From: Eubacteriales bacterium
GTDB lineage: Bacteria; Bacillota; Clostridia; Oscillospirales; UMGS1783
Direction of reading: 5' to 3'
Length of the DNA stretch: 64,000 bases
Assembly (NCBI GenBank): GCA_045595395.1
Contig: JAZOAH010000028.1
Location: forward strand, 158,897-222,896
This document shows, one piece after another, positions 43,601 to 51,580 of the stretch. The position numbers and the translations under genes were made by a program. How positions within the stretch are numbered: the first letter of the stretch is position 1; each line of letters starts with the position of its first letter. Below the pieces are notes generated by a model. The model saw nothing but the letters and a program-made list of their open reading frames with translations. It ran no database searches and was not told the DNA's origin.

Positions 43601-43744
43601 CGGCTCGTTATCCAATTCGGACGCATCAAAGGAAGGCTGTGCCGACTGGGGCACATCCGTCTTTTTCATGCTTTCATCGAGCAGTCTATTCAGTTCGTTG
43701 AAATCAAATTCGGTAAAATCGAATTCATCGTTCAATTCTTTCAC
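40616..43744 (-). CDS. class A penicillin-binding protein (PBP1A-type) with long acidic N-terminal tail and C-terminal extension
   Basis: GT51 motifs (ISIEDERFWQHNGVD, GGSTITQQL, RKAQE) and transpeptidase motifs (PGSTIKP, KTGTS). The TM helix lies near residue 180. The start may be GTG 43744 or TTG 43735 (AGAGGTG SD). Confidence 0.85.
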   Translation of the reverse strand: MKELNDEFDFTEFDFNELNRLLDESMKKTDVPQSAQPSFDASELDNEPLNEEELKQLQKLEQEDAHNAEVAFNAMTALSGGMDLPFDQPKQAQEIDPSVIYEPDLPETVKAEPMQDFNNIPIVDHTAPFTVPEAPKAEQPPMGDTVKVDAAALKRQSKPSPEKKNRFLSNGKLLKIAGYVGSFIGGCLAVGIITFVALVNGYTDPAMDELFANRTLEYTTTLYAQNPETGEQEKMQELFVNENRSWVNLEDVPEHAVKALISIEDERFWQHNGVDWKRFGGAVIGWVLGDDDYGGSTITQQLIKNLTKDNDRTWQRKAQEILRALYIERKYQKNDILEYYINTVYFNYRAYGLGKATELYFNKTVSELTVAESAALFGIINKPAVYEPYDHPDENAYRKNLILGKMRDLGYLTQDEYDEAVAQELVFNPDGKTMALSNAYSWFVDMVIDDVLRDLQEKKGYSELAASNYLFSGGLRIYTTANMAVQNALEEAFATPSYFPKDSDPDADYQVATLLMDYTNGHIIGVIGGRGDKNSRDLNRATATRRQPGSTIKPLSVYLPALEAGVITQGSVVDDAPVSIMNGGGYPQNSNKYYYGMTTMFTAIRQSLNATAAQVLNKLGHANSYNFLADKLNMTLIPGTNGDENLAALSMGAMTYGVYLKEMVGGYSAIASGGVYYEPISYTKVETQSGQIVLENKEEGERVCSRESAWLMQDLLVDGVKNGLANGGSLSVPLAGKTGTSNFNYDKWYAGYTPYFAAALWVGYDEQQSLLTNGVAWNISQTTWKKIMQHVINKVGWSGGSLAARPSSLVQQTVCADCGMLADANCLIDVRGDRTMTAWYTQKSIPQESCTCHVPVYICDKSGQIAHDGCDSAHLASMIHVVREKAVNFPTTDAQYVYRPIPDGTPLALSGVVWANVQKPNTYAGYSTGSGTNNYLCTSHSRSAEPKLYNPNVIYEQKSFTITMPDRGQGYFTSPSANTTVTIKEGESFAFSIMVSPGYTLGGVWNDNEILTPTKQSGSQTKTYTYVIESVNKDYNLVIEVN

Positions 43745-43770
43745 CTCTTTGTATTCGAATCAACTCACCT

Positions 43771-43798
43771 TATTATATCATAATTCCTCGTAATTTCA
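43771..43798 (-). promoter_or_regulatory. promoter of downstream PBP gene
   Basis: Minus strand TTGAAA (43798..43793), 16 nt, TATAAT (43776..43771). Confidence 0.45.
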
Positions 43799-43814
43799 AG
43801 CATATCCTAAAAAT

Positions 43815-43850
43815 AAAACAGAAAACCGGATCATGCGACCCGGTTTTTTG
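43815..43850 (-). terminator. rho-independent terminator after upstream PBP gene
   Basis: aaaaccgg/ccggtttt stem followed on the minus strand by a U-rich tract. Confidence 0.6.
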
Positions 43851-43858
43851 TCATTCTT

Positions 43859-46015
43859 TTATTCGGTTGGTACCGATTGCTGTTGACCGACGGTATTTTT
43901 AGCTTCTTCGCTGGTACGGGAAGCCAGCGGCAGACAGGAGCACCACTTGGTCGGGATAGTTTCCTTAGTAAACCAGGCATAAAAGACGCTGGACTTACCG
44001 TTATCATACAAACTGTTGGTGCCAGGCCGACGGCCGCAACCGCCGCAAACGCTGACCCGAGTCAGTCCCTCGGGACGGGGCATAAACTCACCGCCCGACC
44101 AGCCAACCTCGTTGACCACATGCTGCATGACATTCTTCCAAATGACCTTAGGCACCGAAACGGTAACGCCGGCATCGACCAGGTTGATCGGCTCATCATA
44201 GCCGACCCACACACCGCCGACAAAGTGGGGGGTATAGCCCATAAACCATTTATCGTGGTTATCGTCCGAGGTGCCGGTCTTGGCCGCCAGCGGAACCGAC
44301 AACCGACCCGGCGCTGCCAGACCGTAGGTGGCGCTGTCGACCAGCAGATCGTGCATCAGCCAGGTGCTGATTTCGGTACAGACACGCTCACCCTCGGTGT
44401 TTTTTTCGATCAAGACCCTGCCGTCACCCGTCTCGATCTTGGTATAGGAGATGGGCTCACGGTAGATGCCGCCCGAAGCAATGACGCCGTAGCCGCCCAC
44501 CATCTCACGCATGGTAACGCCATAGGAGAAGGCGCCCATAGACAGGGAGGCCATATTCGCATCGCCGGCACTGGTCTCGGTCGGAGCGACAAGCGAGGTG
44601 AAGTGCATCTTTTCGGTCAGGAACTGATAGGACTTGTCGACACCGTTCATCAGCAGCACCTTAGCCGCCGAGGCATTAAGCGACTGGCGCAGTGCGCCGA
44701 ACATGGTCGTCGGACCATAGAATTTACGGCTGTAATTCTGCGGATACGGCTTACCGTTGAGTTTGGTAACGCCCTCATCAATAACTACCGTTCCCTGCGT
44801 AATGGCTCCCGATTCCAGTGCCGGCAGATAGACCGACAAGGGCTTGACCGACGAGCCGGGGTTGCGTCGGGACATGGTGGCACGGTTGAGGTCACGGCTG
44901 TACTGCTTTTGGCCACGGCCGCCGACAACGCCCAAGATATAGCCGGTTTTGGGATCGGAGAGCATGGCCGCCGACTCATACTGTTTTTCGGCATAGGCCT
45001 TGGGGAAGTACGCCGAATTGGAAAAGGCTTCTTCCAGCGCCGTCTGCACCCGCATATCCACGGTGGTATAGATCTTCAGGCCGCCGCGATAGAGATAGCT
45101 TTCGGCCTCAGGCCCAGTGTATCCGTAGGTTTCACACAGATCGTCGATAACATCCTCAATGACCATATCGACAAAATAGGAGTTGACCGTTTCGTAGGCC
45201 ACACGATAACCGTTCTCGACAAAGACGATCTCCTCGTTCATGGCCTGCGCATATTCTTCCTCACTAAGAAAACCAAGTTCACGCATCTTGGTCAACACCG
45301 TATCGGTGCGCACCTTGTTATTTTCCAAATGCTTATAGGGCTCATAATAATCAGGCAGGCGGATCAATCCCACCAGCGACGCACTTTCCCGCACCGTCAA
45401 CTGACTGACGCTCTTACCGAAATACATCTGAGCCGCACGCTCAATGCCATAGGTACGGTAATTGAAATAGACGGTATTGAAATAATATTCCAATATCTCA
45501 TCCTTATCATAATGCCGCTCCAGATACAGCGCCCGCAACACTTCTCTGGCCTTGCGTTCCCATGTGTGCTCATTGTCCTGGGTCAGGTTTTTGATCAGCT
45601 GCTGGGTCAGCGTCGAGCCGCCGTAGCTATCATCTCCCGACATATAACCGATCAGTGCACCGGTAAAGCGAGGCCAATCGACCCCGTGATGGTTATAAAA
45701 GCGCTCGTCCTCAATGGCGATCAGGGCCAGGCGGGTATGCTCGGGGATCTGATCGAGATCGACCCATTCTCGATTCTCGTCCTTATACAACTCTTGCAAG
45801 ACCTGCCATTGGCCGCTTTCGGCATCTTTATAATAGAGGGTGGACGTATATTCCAGGACATGGGTCGATAACAGCTCATCCATTTTCGGATCGCTGTAAC
45901 CAAAAACCATGGCCAACGCCACAAAGATCAGCAACGCCAAGGAGCCGACAACGGCCGACAGAATGCACCCCATCCGACGGCGTGCTTTTTTTGTTTTGTT
46001 CTTCTTTTTACTCAT
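43859..46015 (-). CDS. class A penicillin-binding protein (PBP1A-type)
   Basis: 718 aa with the same GT51 motifs (IAIEDERFYNHHGVD, GGSTLTQQL) and transpeptidase motifs (PGSSVKP, KTGTS). Short basic N-terminus plus a TM helix. Confidence 0.9.
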   Translation of the reverse strand: MSKKKNKTKKARRRMGCILSAVVGSLALLIFVALAMVFGYSDPKMDELLSTHVLEYTSTLYYKDAESGQWQVLQELYKDENREWVDLDQIPEHTRLALIAIEDERFYNHHGVDWPRFTGALIGYMSGDDSYGGSTLTQQLIKNLTQDNEHTWERKAREVLRALYLERHYDKDEILEYYFNTVYFNYRTYGIERAAQMYFGKSVSQLTVRESASLVGLIRLPDYYEPYKHLENNKVRTDTVLTKMRELGFLSEEEYAQAMNEEIVFVENGYRVAYETVNSYFVDMVIEDVIDDLCETYGYTGPEAESYLYRGGLKIYTTVDMRVQTALEEAFSNSAYFPKAYAEKQYESAAMLSDPKTGYILGVVGGRGQKQYSRDLNRATMSRRNPGSSVKPLSVYLPALESGAITQGTVVIDEGVTKLNGKPYPQNYSRKFYGPTTMFGALRQSLNASAAKVLLMNGVDKSYQFLTEKMHFTSLVAPTETSAGDANMASLSMGAFSYGVTMREMVGGYGVIASGGIYREPISYTKIETGDGRVLIEKNTEGERVCTEISTWLMHDLLVDSATYGLAAPGRLSVPLAAKTGTSDDNHDKWFMGYTPHFVGGVWVGYDEPINLVDAGVTVSVPKVIWKNVMQHVVNEVGWSGGEFMPRPEGLTRVSVCGGCGRRPGTNSLYDNGKSSVFYAWFTKETIPTKWCSCLPLASRTSEEAKNTVGQQQSVPTE

Positions 46016-46058
46016 AGCAGTTATAGGATATGCCCCATTCTATTAAAATGTTACGGTC

Positions 46059-47027
46059 TCAAAAAATTTTTTCTAAGATCCATATGATCAGGTAGCAGAC
46101 CGGCCGATGCAAAATGTAGATGGGCAAAGCCACACGGCCTATCGCATCCAGGCCGACCAGGCGGAATTTATAGGCATTTTCCATAATGGACCCGTCACGC
46201 AGATACCGACCGAGGATCACACCGGCGAAATAGCCGAAGATCCAAGGGATAAACCCGTAAAATTCGGGGGCGACAAAGCCCTTGTGGACAAAGCCGGTCA
46301 TATACAGCGGCAGGGTAACATTCCCGATGGCGATCCGATCATAGGTCAGTCCGTCGGTGGCCAGCACGGCCAGAACAAAGGCAACCAACAGCCAGGCTAC
46401 ACCGATCTTATTAAAGAGAGTGTCCAGTTTGGGGTTGCGGTGCATATAGCCATACAGCAAGGCGGCCAGCGCCAGAAAATGCAGATACCCAAACCAAATG
46501 ACACCGCCCCCTGTCACGGCACTGAGCAGCGTGACGATACCGGCGCCCATGACATAGACCAACGCACGGCGGCGGGGATGTCGGCTGAAATTGATGGAAA
46601 TACCCGAAACAACAACAAACAGGCACCGAAATCCATAGCCCCAATACCAGCTGCTCTCCCCGCCCACCAGGGCAGTCAGAACTTTGTCGAAGCCGGTTCC
46701 GTAAAACAAGCCGGAATTATAGAACATATGGAAGAGCGTATAGAAAAACATCAGCACCACAGCCGCCCCACGAAGGGTGTCCAGCAGCGGAATACGGTAG
46801 CCACCGCGGATCAATTCCTTGGCACCGGGCGAGACCGAACCGAGGGCACGCCGAGCCGCCGGCGGCATGGGCGGCAGATCCTTAGACTGAGGCTTATACA
46901 GATAACTCTTCCAGCCCTTGCCCTTTAAGGAAAGCTGACCACGGGTGTCGATCTGATACAGATCGGGACGGCGGGGTATGGTAGACTCTTGCTCCAATTC
47001 TTGATTGTCTAATGGTTCGTTTGCCAT
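46059..47027 (-). CDS. DUF1624 / heparan-alpha-glucosaminide N-acetyltransferase-like membrane protein
   Basis: RIPLLDTLRGAAVVLMFFYT start of the acyltransferase-like domain, about 8 TM helices. Start taken at ATG 47027 (AAGGA SD, 6-nt spacing). Confidence 0.6.
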   Translation of the reverse strand: MANEPLDNQELEQESTIPRRPDLYQIDTRGQLSLKGKGWKSYLYKPQSKDLPPMPPAARRALGSVSPGAKELIRGGYRIPLLDTLRGAAVVLMFFYTLFHMFYNSGLFYGTGFDKVLTALVGGESSWYWGYGFRCLFVVVSGISINFSRHPRRRALVYVMGAGIVTLLSAVTGGGVIWFGYLHFLALAALLYGYMHRNPKLDTLFNKIGVAWLLVAFVLAVLATDGLTYDRIAIGNVTLPLYMTGFVHKGFVAPEFYGFIPWIFGYFAGVILGRYLRDGSIMENAYKFRLVGLDAIGRVALPIYILHRPVCYLIIWILEKIF

Positions 47028-47037
47028 AGTCATTCCT

Positions 47038-48132
47038 TTACACGTTAAAGCGGAAGAGGATGATATCCCCGTCCTTGACGACATATTCCTTGCCCTCGCT
47101 GCGGATCAGCCCCTTTTCACGGGCAGCAACCATGCTGCCGCAGGCCATCAGGTCATCAAAGGCCACCGTTTCGGCACGAATAAAGCCACGCTCAAAGTCG
47201 GTATGGATCTTACCGGCCGCCTGAGGCGCTTTGGTGCCCTTGACGATGGTCCAGGCACGGCACTCGTCCTCACCGGCGGTGAGATAACTGATCAGACCCA
47301 ACAGACTATAGCACTTACGCACCATACGGTCAAGCCCCGATTCCTCCAGTCCGATATCGGCCAAAAACATTTCCTTATCCTCGGCCGACAGCGAGGTAAT
47401 TTCCTCCTCCAGTGCAGCACAGATGGGCAGCACCTCGGCACCCTCGGCCGATGCACGCTCGATCAGCGTCTGATAATGCGGGTTGTTTTCAATGCCCGCC
47501 TTGAAGGTCTTTTCATCCATGTTGGCGGCGTAGATGACCGGCTTGTTGGTCAGCAGAGCCACCTGCGAAATGAGCGCCTTTTCCTCATCGGTATAGTCCA
47601 TGGCACGGGCCGGCTTTTCGCTCTCCAGCAGTGCATAGACCCGCTCAAGAAGATCCAACTCGGCAGCATAGCTCTTATCGCCTTTGAGGGCCTTGGATAC
47701 ACGGTCGATGCGACGCTCTACCATCTCCATGTCGGCCAGGATCAGCTCCAGATTGATGATATCCATATCTCGGCCGGCATCGACGCTGTTCTCGACATGG
47801 GTGATGTTCTCATCCTCAAAGCAGCGCACCACCTGTACCACAGCGTCGACTTCACGGATATGCGACAAAAACTTGTTGCCCAGGCCTTCACCGTGGCTGG
47901 CACCCTTGACCAGGCCGGCAATGTCGACAAATTCAATGGTGGCGGGGGTGATCTTCTTGGGATGGTACATCTCGCCCAGCGCCGTCAGACGGTTGTCGGG
48001 CACGTCGACCACACCAACATTGGGCTCGATGGTGCAGAAGGCATAGTTGGCCGACTGGGCGCCGGCATTGGTGATGGCGTTAAACAATGTACTTTTGCCC
48101 ACGTTGGGCAGACCGATGATTCCGAGTTTCAT
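47038..48132 (-). CDS. ychF: redox-regulated ribosome-binding ATPase YchF
   Basis: 364 aa with MKLGIIGLPNVGKSTLFNA, a TGS domain and the C-terminal KDGDIILFRFNV. Confidence 0.95.
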   Translation of the reverse strand: MKLGIIGLPNVGKSTLFNAITNAGAQSANYAFCTIEPNVGVVDVPDNRLTALGEMYHPKKITPATIEFVDIAGLVKGASHGEGLGNKFLSHIREVDAVVQVVRCFEDENITHVENSVDAGRDMDIINLELILADMEMVERRIDRVSKALKGDKSYAAELDLLERVYALLESEKPARAMDYTDEEKALISQVALLTNKPVIYAANMDEKTFKAGIENNPHYQTLIERASAEGAEVLPICAALEEEITSLSAEDKEMFLADIGLEESGLDRMVRKCYSLLGLISYLTAGEDECRAWTIVKGTKAPQAAGKIHTDFERGFIRAETVAFDDLMACGSMVAAREKGLIRSEGKEYVVKDGDIILFRFNV

Positions 48133-48136
48133 TTCC

Positions 48137-49015
48137 TTATTCCTTATCTTCTATAATGAGTGTCCCGGTATGGACGGGACGGGTCAGACACACAAAGGGG
48201 TATTGCCCTTGCAGGGCACGATGACAGGCAACGGCCTGTTCTTTTTCTTCAAACACGGCAAAGACGGCACTGCCGCTGCCGGTTAATCCCACATGCGGGG
48301 AGAACCGGGACAAGTCCTGCAGTTGCCGATCCACCGACGGACACCGACGGCTGACCGACGGCAAAAAGGTGTTGCCGATATTGTCACAGACACCCGACCG
48401 ATCGCCCCGACGGATGGCCTGCACCATACCGTCGCAGACAAAGGCCGGCGGCTGCGGATCGGCGTCGATATCGGCAAAGGCGACCTTGGTGGAAACCCCG
48501 TCACGCCCCTTGACCAAAACCAGCCAACAGTCGGGCAGTTCGGGCAATTTGGTGAGGATCTCTCCCCTGCCCTCGCACAACGCCGTACCGCCCATGAGAA
48601 AATAGGGCACATCACTGCCCAAAGTCAGACAGATATCATACAACTTTTCGGGCGAAAGGGGGTGGCCATACATAGCGTTGAGTCCTTCTAGGATGCCGGC
48701 CGCATTGCCGCTGCCACCACCCATGCCGGCCTGCACCGGAATGTGCTTGTGCATACGGATGCGCACCCCGGGCGTTATACCCGCCGCCTCATAAAAAGCG
48801 GCCGCCGCTTTATACACCAAATTGTTTTCATTATACGGAATATACCGCAGATTACCCGATAGGGCAATGCCCGTCCCGCCCGTTTCGACAAACAGATAGT
48901 CGTACAGGCTGACCGTCTGCATGACGGTGCGCAGACAGTGATAGCCGTCGGGCGTGGTGCCGGTAATGTCCAGGCAAAGATTGATCTTAGCCGGTGTTTT
49001 GATTACAGTTTTGAT
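48137..49015 (-). CDS. ispE: 4-diphosphocytidyl-2-C-methyl-D-erythritol kinase (start codon unresolved)
   Basis: GHMP kinase motif PVQAGMGGGSGNAAG. The conserved N-terminal PAKINLCLDITG...DGYH lies upstream of the only ATG (48922) in an open frame with no ATG/GTG/TTG. The 5' end is set provisionally at ATC 49015, 8 nt after GGAG. Confidence 0.7.
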   Translation of the reverse strand: MKTVIKTPAKINLCLDITGTTPDGYHCLRTVMQTVSLYDYLFVETGGTGIALSGNLRYIPYNENNLVYKAAAAFYEAAGITPGVRIRMHKHIPVQAGMGGGSGNAAGILEGLNAMYGHPLSPEKLYDICLTLGSDVPYFLMGGTALCEGRGEILTKLPELPDCWLVLVKGRDGVSTKVAFADIDADPQPPAFVCDGMVQAIRRGDRSGVCDNIGNTFLPSVSRRCPSVDRQLQDLSRFSPHVGLTGSGSAVFAVFEEKEQAVACHRALQGQYPFVCLTRPVHTGTLIIEDKE

Positions 49016-50172
49016 ATAAATCGCTCCAGTCGATCCATGGCCTTAGACAGATCGGCCATGCTCTTAGCATAGGAAATACGGACGAAGCCCTCGCCGCTTT
49101 GGCCAAAGGCCGAGCCGGGCACAACGGCGACATGCTCCTCATACAGGAACTTTTCACAAAATTCCTCACTGGTCATGCCAAACTGCTTGATGCAGGGGAA
49201 TATGTAAAAAGCACCCTTGGGCTCAAAGCAGGGCAGGCCCATCTTCTTGAATCGGCCCATCAGCATCTTGCGGCGGGCATCATACTCCTCGACCATTTCC
49301 TCAACAGCCGCATCGGTCTCAGACGACAGGGCCTGCAGGGCAGCCTCCTGCGCCATGGTGGGGGCGCACATAATAGCAAACTGATGCAGTTTGGTCATGG
49401 CCTTGATGATCGGCTCAGGGCCTAAGGCGTAGCCGATACGCCAACCGGTCATGGCAAAGGCCTTGGAAAAGCCGTTGACCACCACCGTGCGTTCCCACAT
49501 CCCCTCCAGCGAGGCAATGGACACATGGGTGCCGCCGTAGGTCAACTTGGCATACAGTTCATCCGACAGCACCATGATATCGGTGCCACGCAGTACCTCG
49601 GCAATGGCCTCCAGATCCTGCTTTTCCATGACCGCACCGGTGGGATTACCGGGATAGGGCAGGATCAACAGTTTGGTCTTGGGTGTAATAGCGGCACGCA
49701 GCTCTTCGGCCGTCAGCCGAAATTCATTTTCGGCCTTGGTGGCAATGCCAACGGGCGTTCCGCCGACGATCTCGGTCAGCGGTGCATAGCAGACAAAGCT
49801 GGGTTCGGGGATAATGACCTCGTCCCCCGGCCCGATCAGGGAGCGAATGCACAGATCAATGGCTTCCGAGCCGCCGACGGTGACCAGCGCATTATTTTCA
49901 CCGGGATAATGAACACCGAAATTGCGCTCATAATAATCGCAGATGCCACGGCGCAACTCCAGCATACCGGCGTTGGAGGTATAATAGGTGTGTCCCTTGA
50001 CTAGCGAGTCGATACCGGCCTCACGCACGCCCCAAGGCGTGATAAAGTCGGGCTCACCGATCGAGAGCGAGAGGACATCGTCCATCGTGGCGGCAATATC
50101 GAAAAATTTGCGAATGCCCGACGGTTTGACCCGTTGTACCCTCTCGTTAATCAGGTTATCGTAATTGATCAT
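49003..50172 (-). CDS. pyridoxal-phosphate-dependent aminotransferase, class I (AlaT/AspC-like)
   Basis: 389 aa with GEPDF, the YPGNPTG region and SKAFAMTGWRIGY (PLP lysine). Confidence 0.85.
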   Translation of the reverse strand: MINYDNLINERVQRVKPSGIRKFFDIAATMDDVLSLSIGEPDFITPWGVREAGIDSLVKGHTYYTSNAGMLELRRGICDYYERNFGVHYPGENNALVTVGGSEAIDLCIRSLIGPGDEVIIPEPSFVCYAPLTEIVGGTPVGIATKAENEFRLTAEELRAAITPKTKLLILPYPGNPTGAVMEKQDLEAIAEVLRGTDIMVLSDELYAKLTYGGTHVSIASLEGMWERTVVVNGFSKAFAMTGWRIGYALGPEPIIKAMTKLHQFAIMCAPTMAQEAALQALSSETDAAVEEMVEEYDARRKMLMGRFKKMGLPCFEPKGAFYIFPCIKQFGMTSEEFCEKFLYEEHVAVVPGSAFGQSGEGFVRISYAKSMADLSKAMDRLERFISKL

Positions 50173-50648
50173 AGAGTAAAGCCTCTTTCATCCTTTTCCT
50201 CTTGGCCGCAGTGAATACCCTCATACTTGTAGCGGCGCAGCACAAAGTGGGTGGCGGTACCCATGACACCATCGATAGCGGCCAGTTTTTCGGCCACAAA
50301 CAGAGCCACCTCGTGCATGCTGCGGCCCTCGACCTCGGCACACAGATCAAAGCCGCCCGACATCAGCGACACGCTGCGCACCTCGGGGAACTGGGCAATA
50401 TGACGGGCGACACGCTCAAAGCCGTGACCCTTGTAGGGCATGACACGCACCTCGATCAGGGCACGCACCGGCACATCTTCGCATTTTTCGGGGTCGAGCA
50501 GGGCACGGTAGCCCAAAATGCTGCCCTTTTCTTCGTAGGCCGCAATGGTAGCTGCGACCTCCTTTTCATCCATATCCAGGCGCTGTGCGATCTCGGCTGC
50601 GGTCAGCCGGGCATCCTTAACCAGTAAATTCAAGATCTTATCCATCAT
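50169..50648 (-). CDS. Lrp/AsnC family transcriptional regulator
   Basis: HTH ILNLLVKDARLTAAEIAQRL plus a RAM/ACT-like C-terminal domain. The start is ambiguous: ATG 50648/50645, or ATG 50663, which forms an ATGA overlap with the upstream stop. Confidence 0.8.
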   Translation of the reverse strand: MMDKILNLLVKDARLTAAEIAQRLDMDEKEVAATIAAYEEKGSILGYRALLDPEKCEDVPVRALIEVRVMPYKGHGFERVARHIAQFPEVRSVSLMSGGFDLCAEVEGRSMHEVALFVAEKLAAIDGVMGTATHFVLRRYKYEGIHCGQEEKDERGFTL

Positions 50649-50659
50649 CCATTCCCCTT

Positions 50660-51454
50660 TCAAATTCTGACAAAGCGAGGCGTATGGTCTTCATACACCG
50701 TTATACATTCAAATCCAACACAGCGCAGCAGTTCCTGTGCCTGCTCCACGCCACGGCCGACGTTCTCTTTTTGGTGAGAATCGCTGCCGATGGTGACGAT
50801 CTTGCCGCCCAAGTCCTTATACAACTGCAGCACCCCTTCGTCCGGCTGGGTCTTGCCGACCGGCCCGAACAGCCCCGAGGCGTTGACCTCGATGCCCTTG
50901 CCTTTGGCGATCAGCTTGACAAACAGGTCACGCAGACGAGGATAGTATTGGGTTACATCCAGAGTAACGCCCTGTTTGGCGGCGTATCTCTCAAAATAAT
51001 TGATATGCCCCAGCACATCAAACTTGCCCCACTCAATGATCTCTTCCAGCTCATCATAATACCGATCAAATACTTCATCCAGCGTGCTAGATGTGTAATC
51101 AAGATCATAAAAATCCTTATGCCCACGCACATTATGCACCGAGGCAATGACAAAATCAAAGGCCCCGTCGGCTAATGCCGCCTCAGCCAGCGCTTGATCA
51201 TGCAACGGCTCGCCCAACTCGACCCCGAAGCGTACCGTGACCCCGGTGCGGTTTTGGGCAACCGCCTTGAGATAATTCTCACGCATCTGTAAAATGGAAC
51301 TGTTGACGTTGGGATATTCCCCGCCGCACTCGTAATGATTGGTGACGCAAAGTTCATCCATGCCCTTTTGGGCGGCGACGGCAATGACCTCCAACAGATC
51401 GTCTTTTGCGTCAAAACTTAGGGCTGTATGGAAATGATAATCGCTTTTATACAT
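50660..51454 (-). CDS. histidinol-phosphatase, PHP family (HisJ/HisK type)
   Basis: 264 aa from MYKSDYHFHT (PHP motif I), a later SVHNV and the C-terminal GSDSH. Confidence 0.7.
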   Translation of the reverse strand: MYKSDYHFHTALSFDAKDDLLEVIAVAAQKGMDELCVTNHYECGGEYPNVNSSILQMRENYLKAVAQNRTGVTVRFGVELGEPLHDQALAEAALADGAFDFVIASVHNVRGHKDFYDLDYTSSTLDEVFDRYYDELEEIIEWGKFDVLGHINYFERYAAKQGVTLDVTQYYPRLRDLFVKLIAKGKGIEVNASGLFGPVGKTQPDEGVLQLYKDLGGKIVTIGSDSHQKENVGRGVEQAQELLRCVGFECITVYEDHTPRFVRI

Positions 51455-51580
51455 GAAAACCCTCAAATTTTTCTTAAAATTTACATAAAATCAGTTTGCA
51501 AGAACGGCAAACTATGGTATATTATATTGTAACATAACCCCTAAGCGATATCAATCCTTTTTTCAGAGAGGTGGAAAAAT

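Noticed and set aside
43877-45871. 664-aa plus-strand ORF antisense to the PBP gene (similar cases at 41105..42010 and 59474..60679)
   Set aside because: The opposite strand carries unmistakable GT51/transpeptidase or EF-G motifs. These are shadow ORFs.
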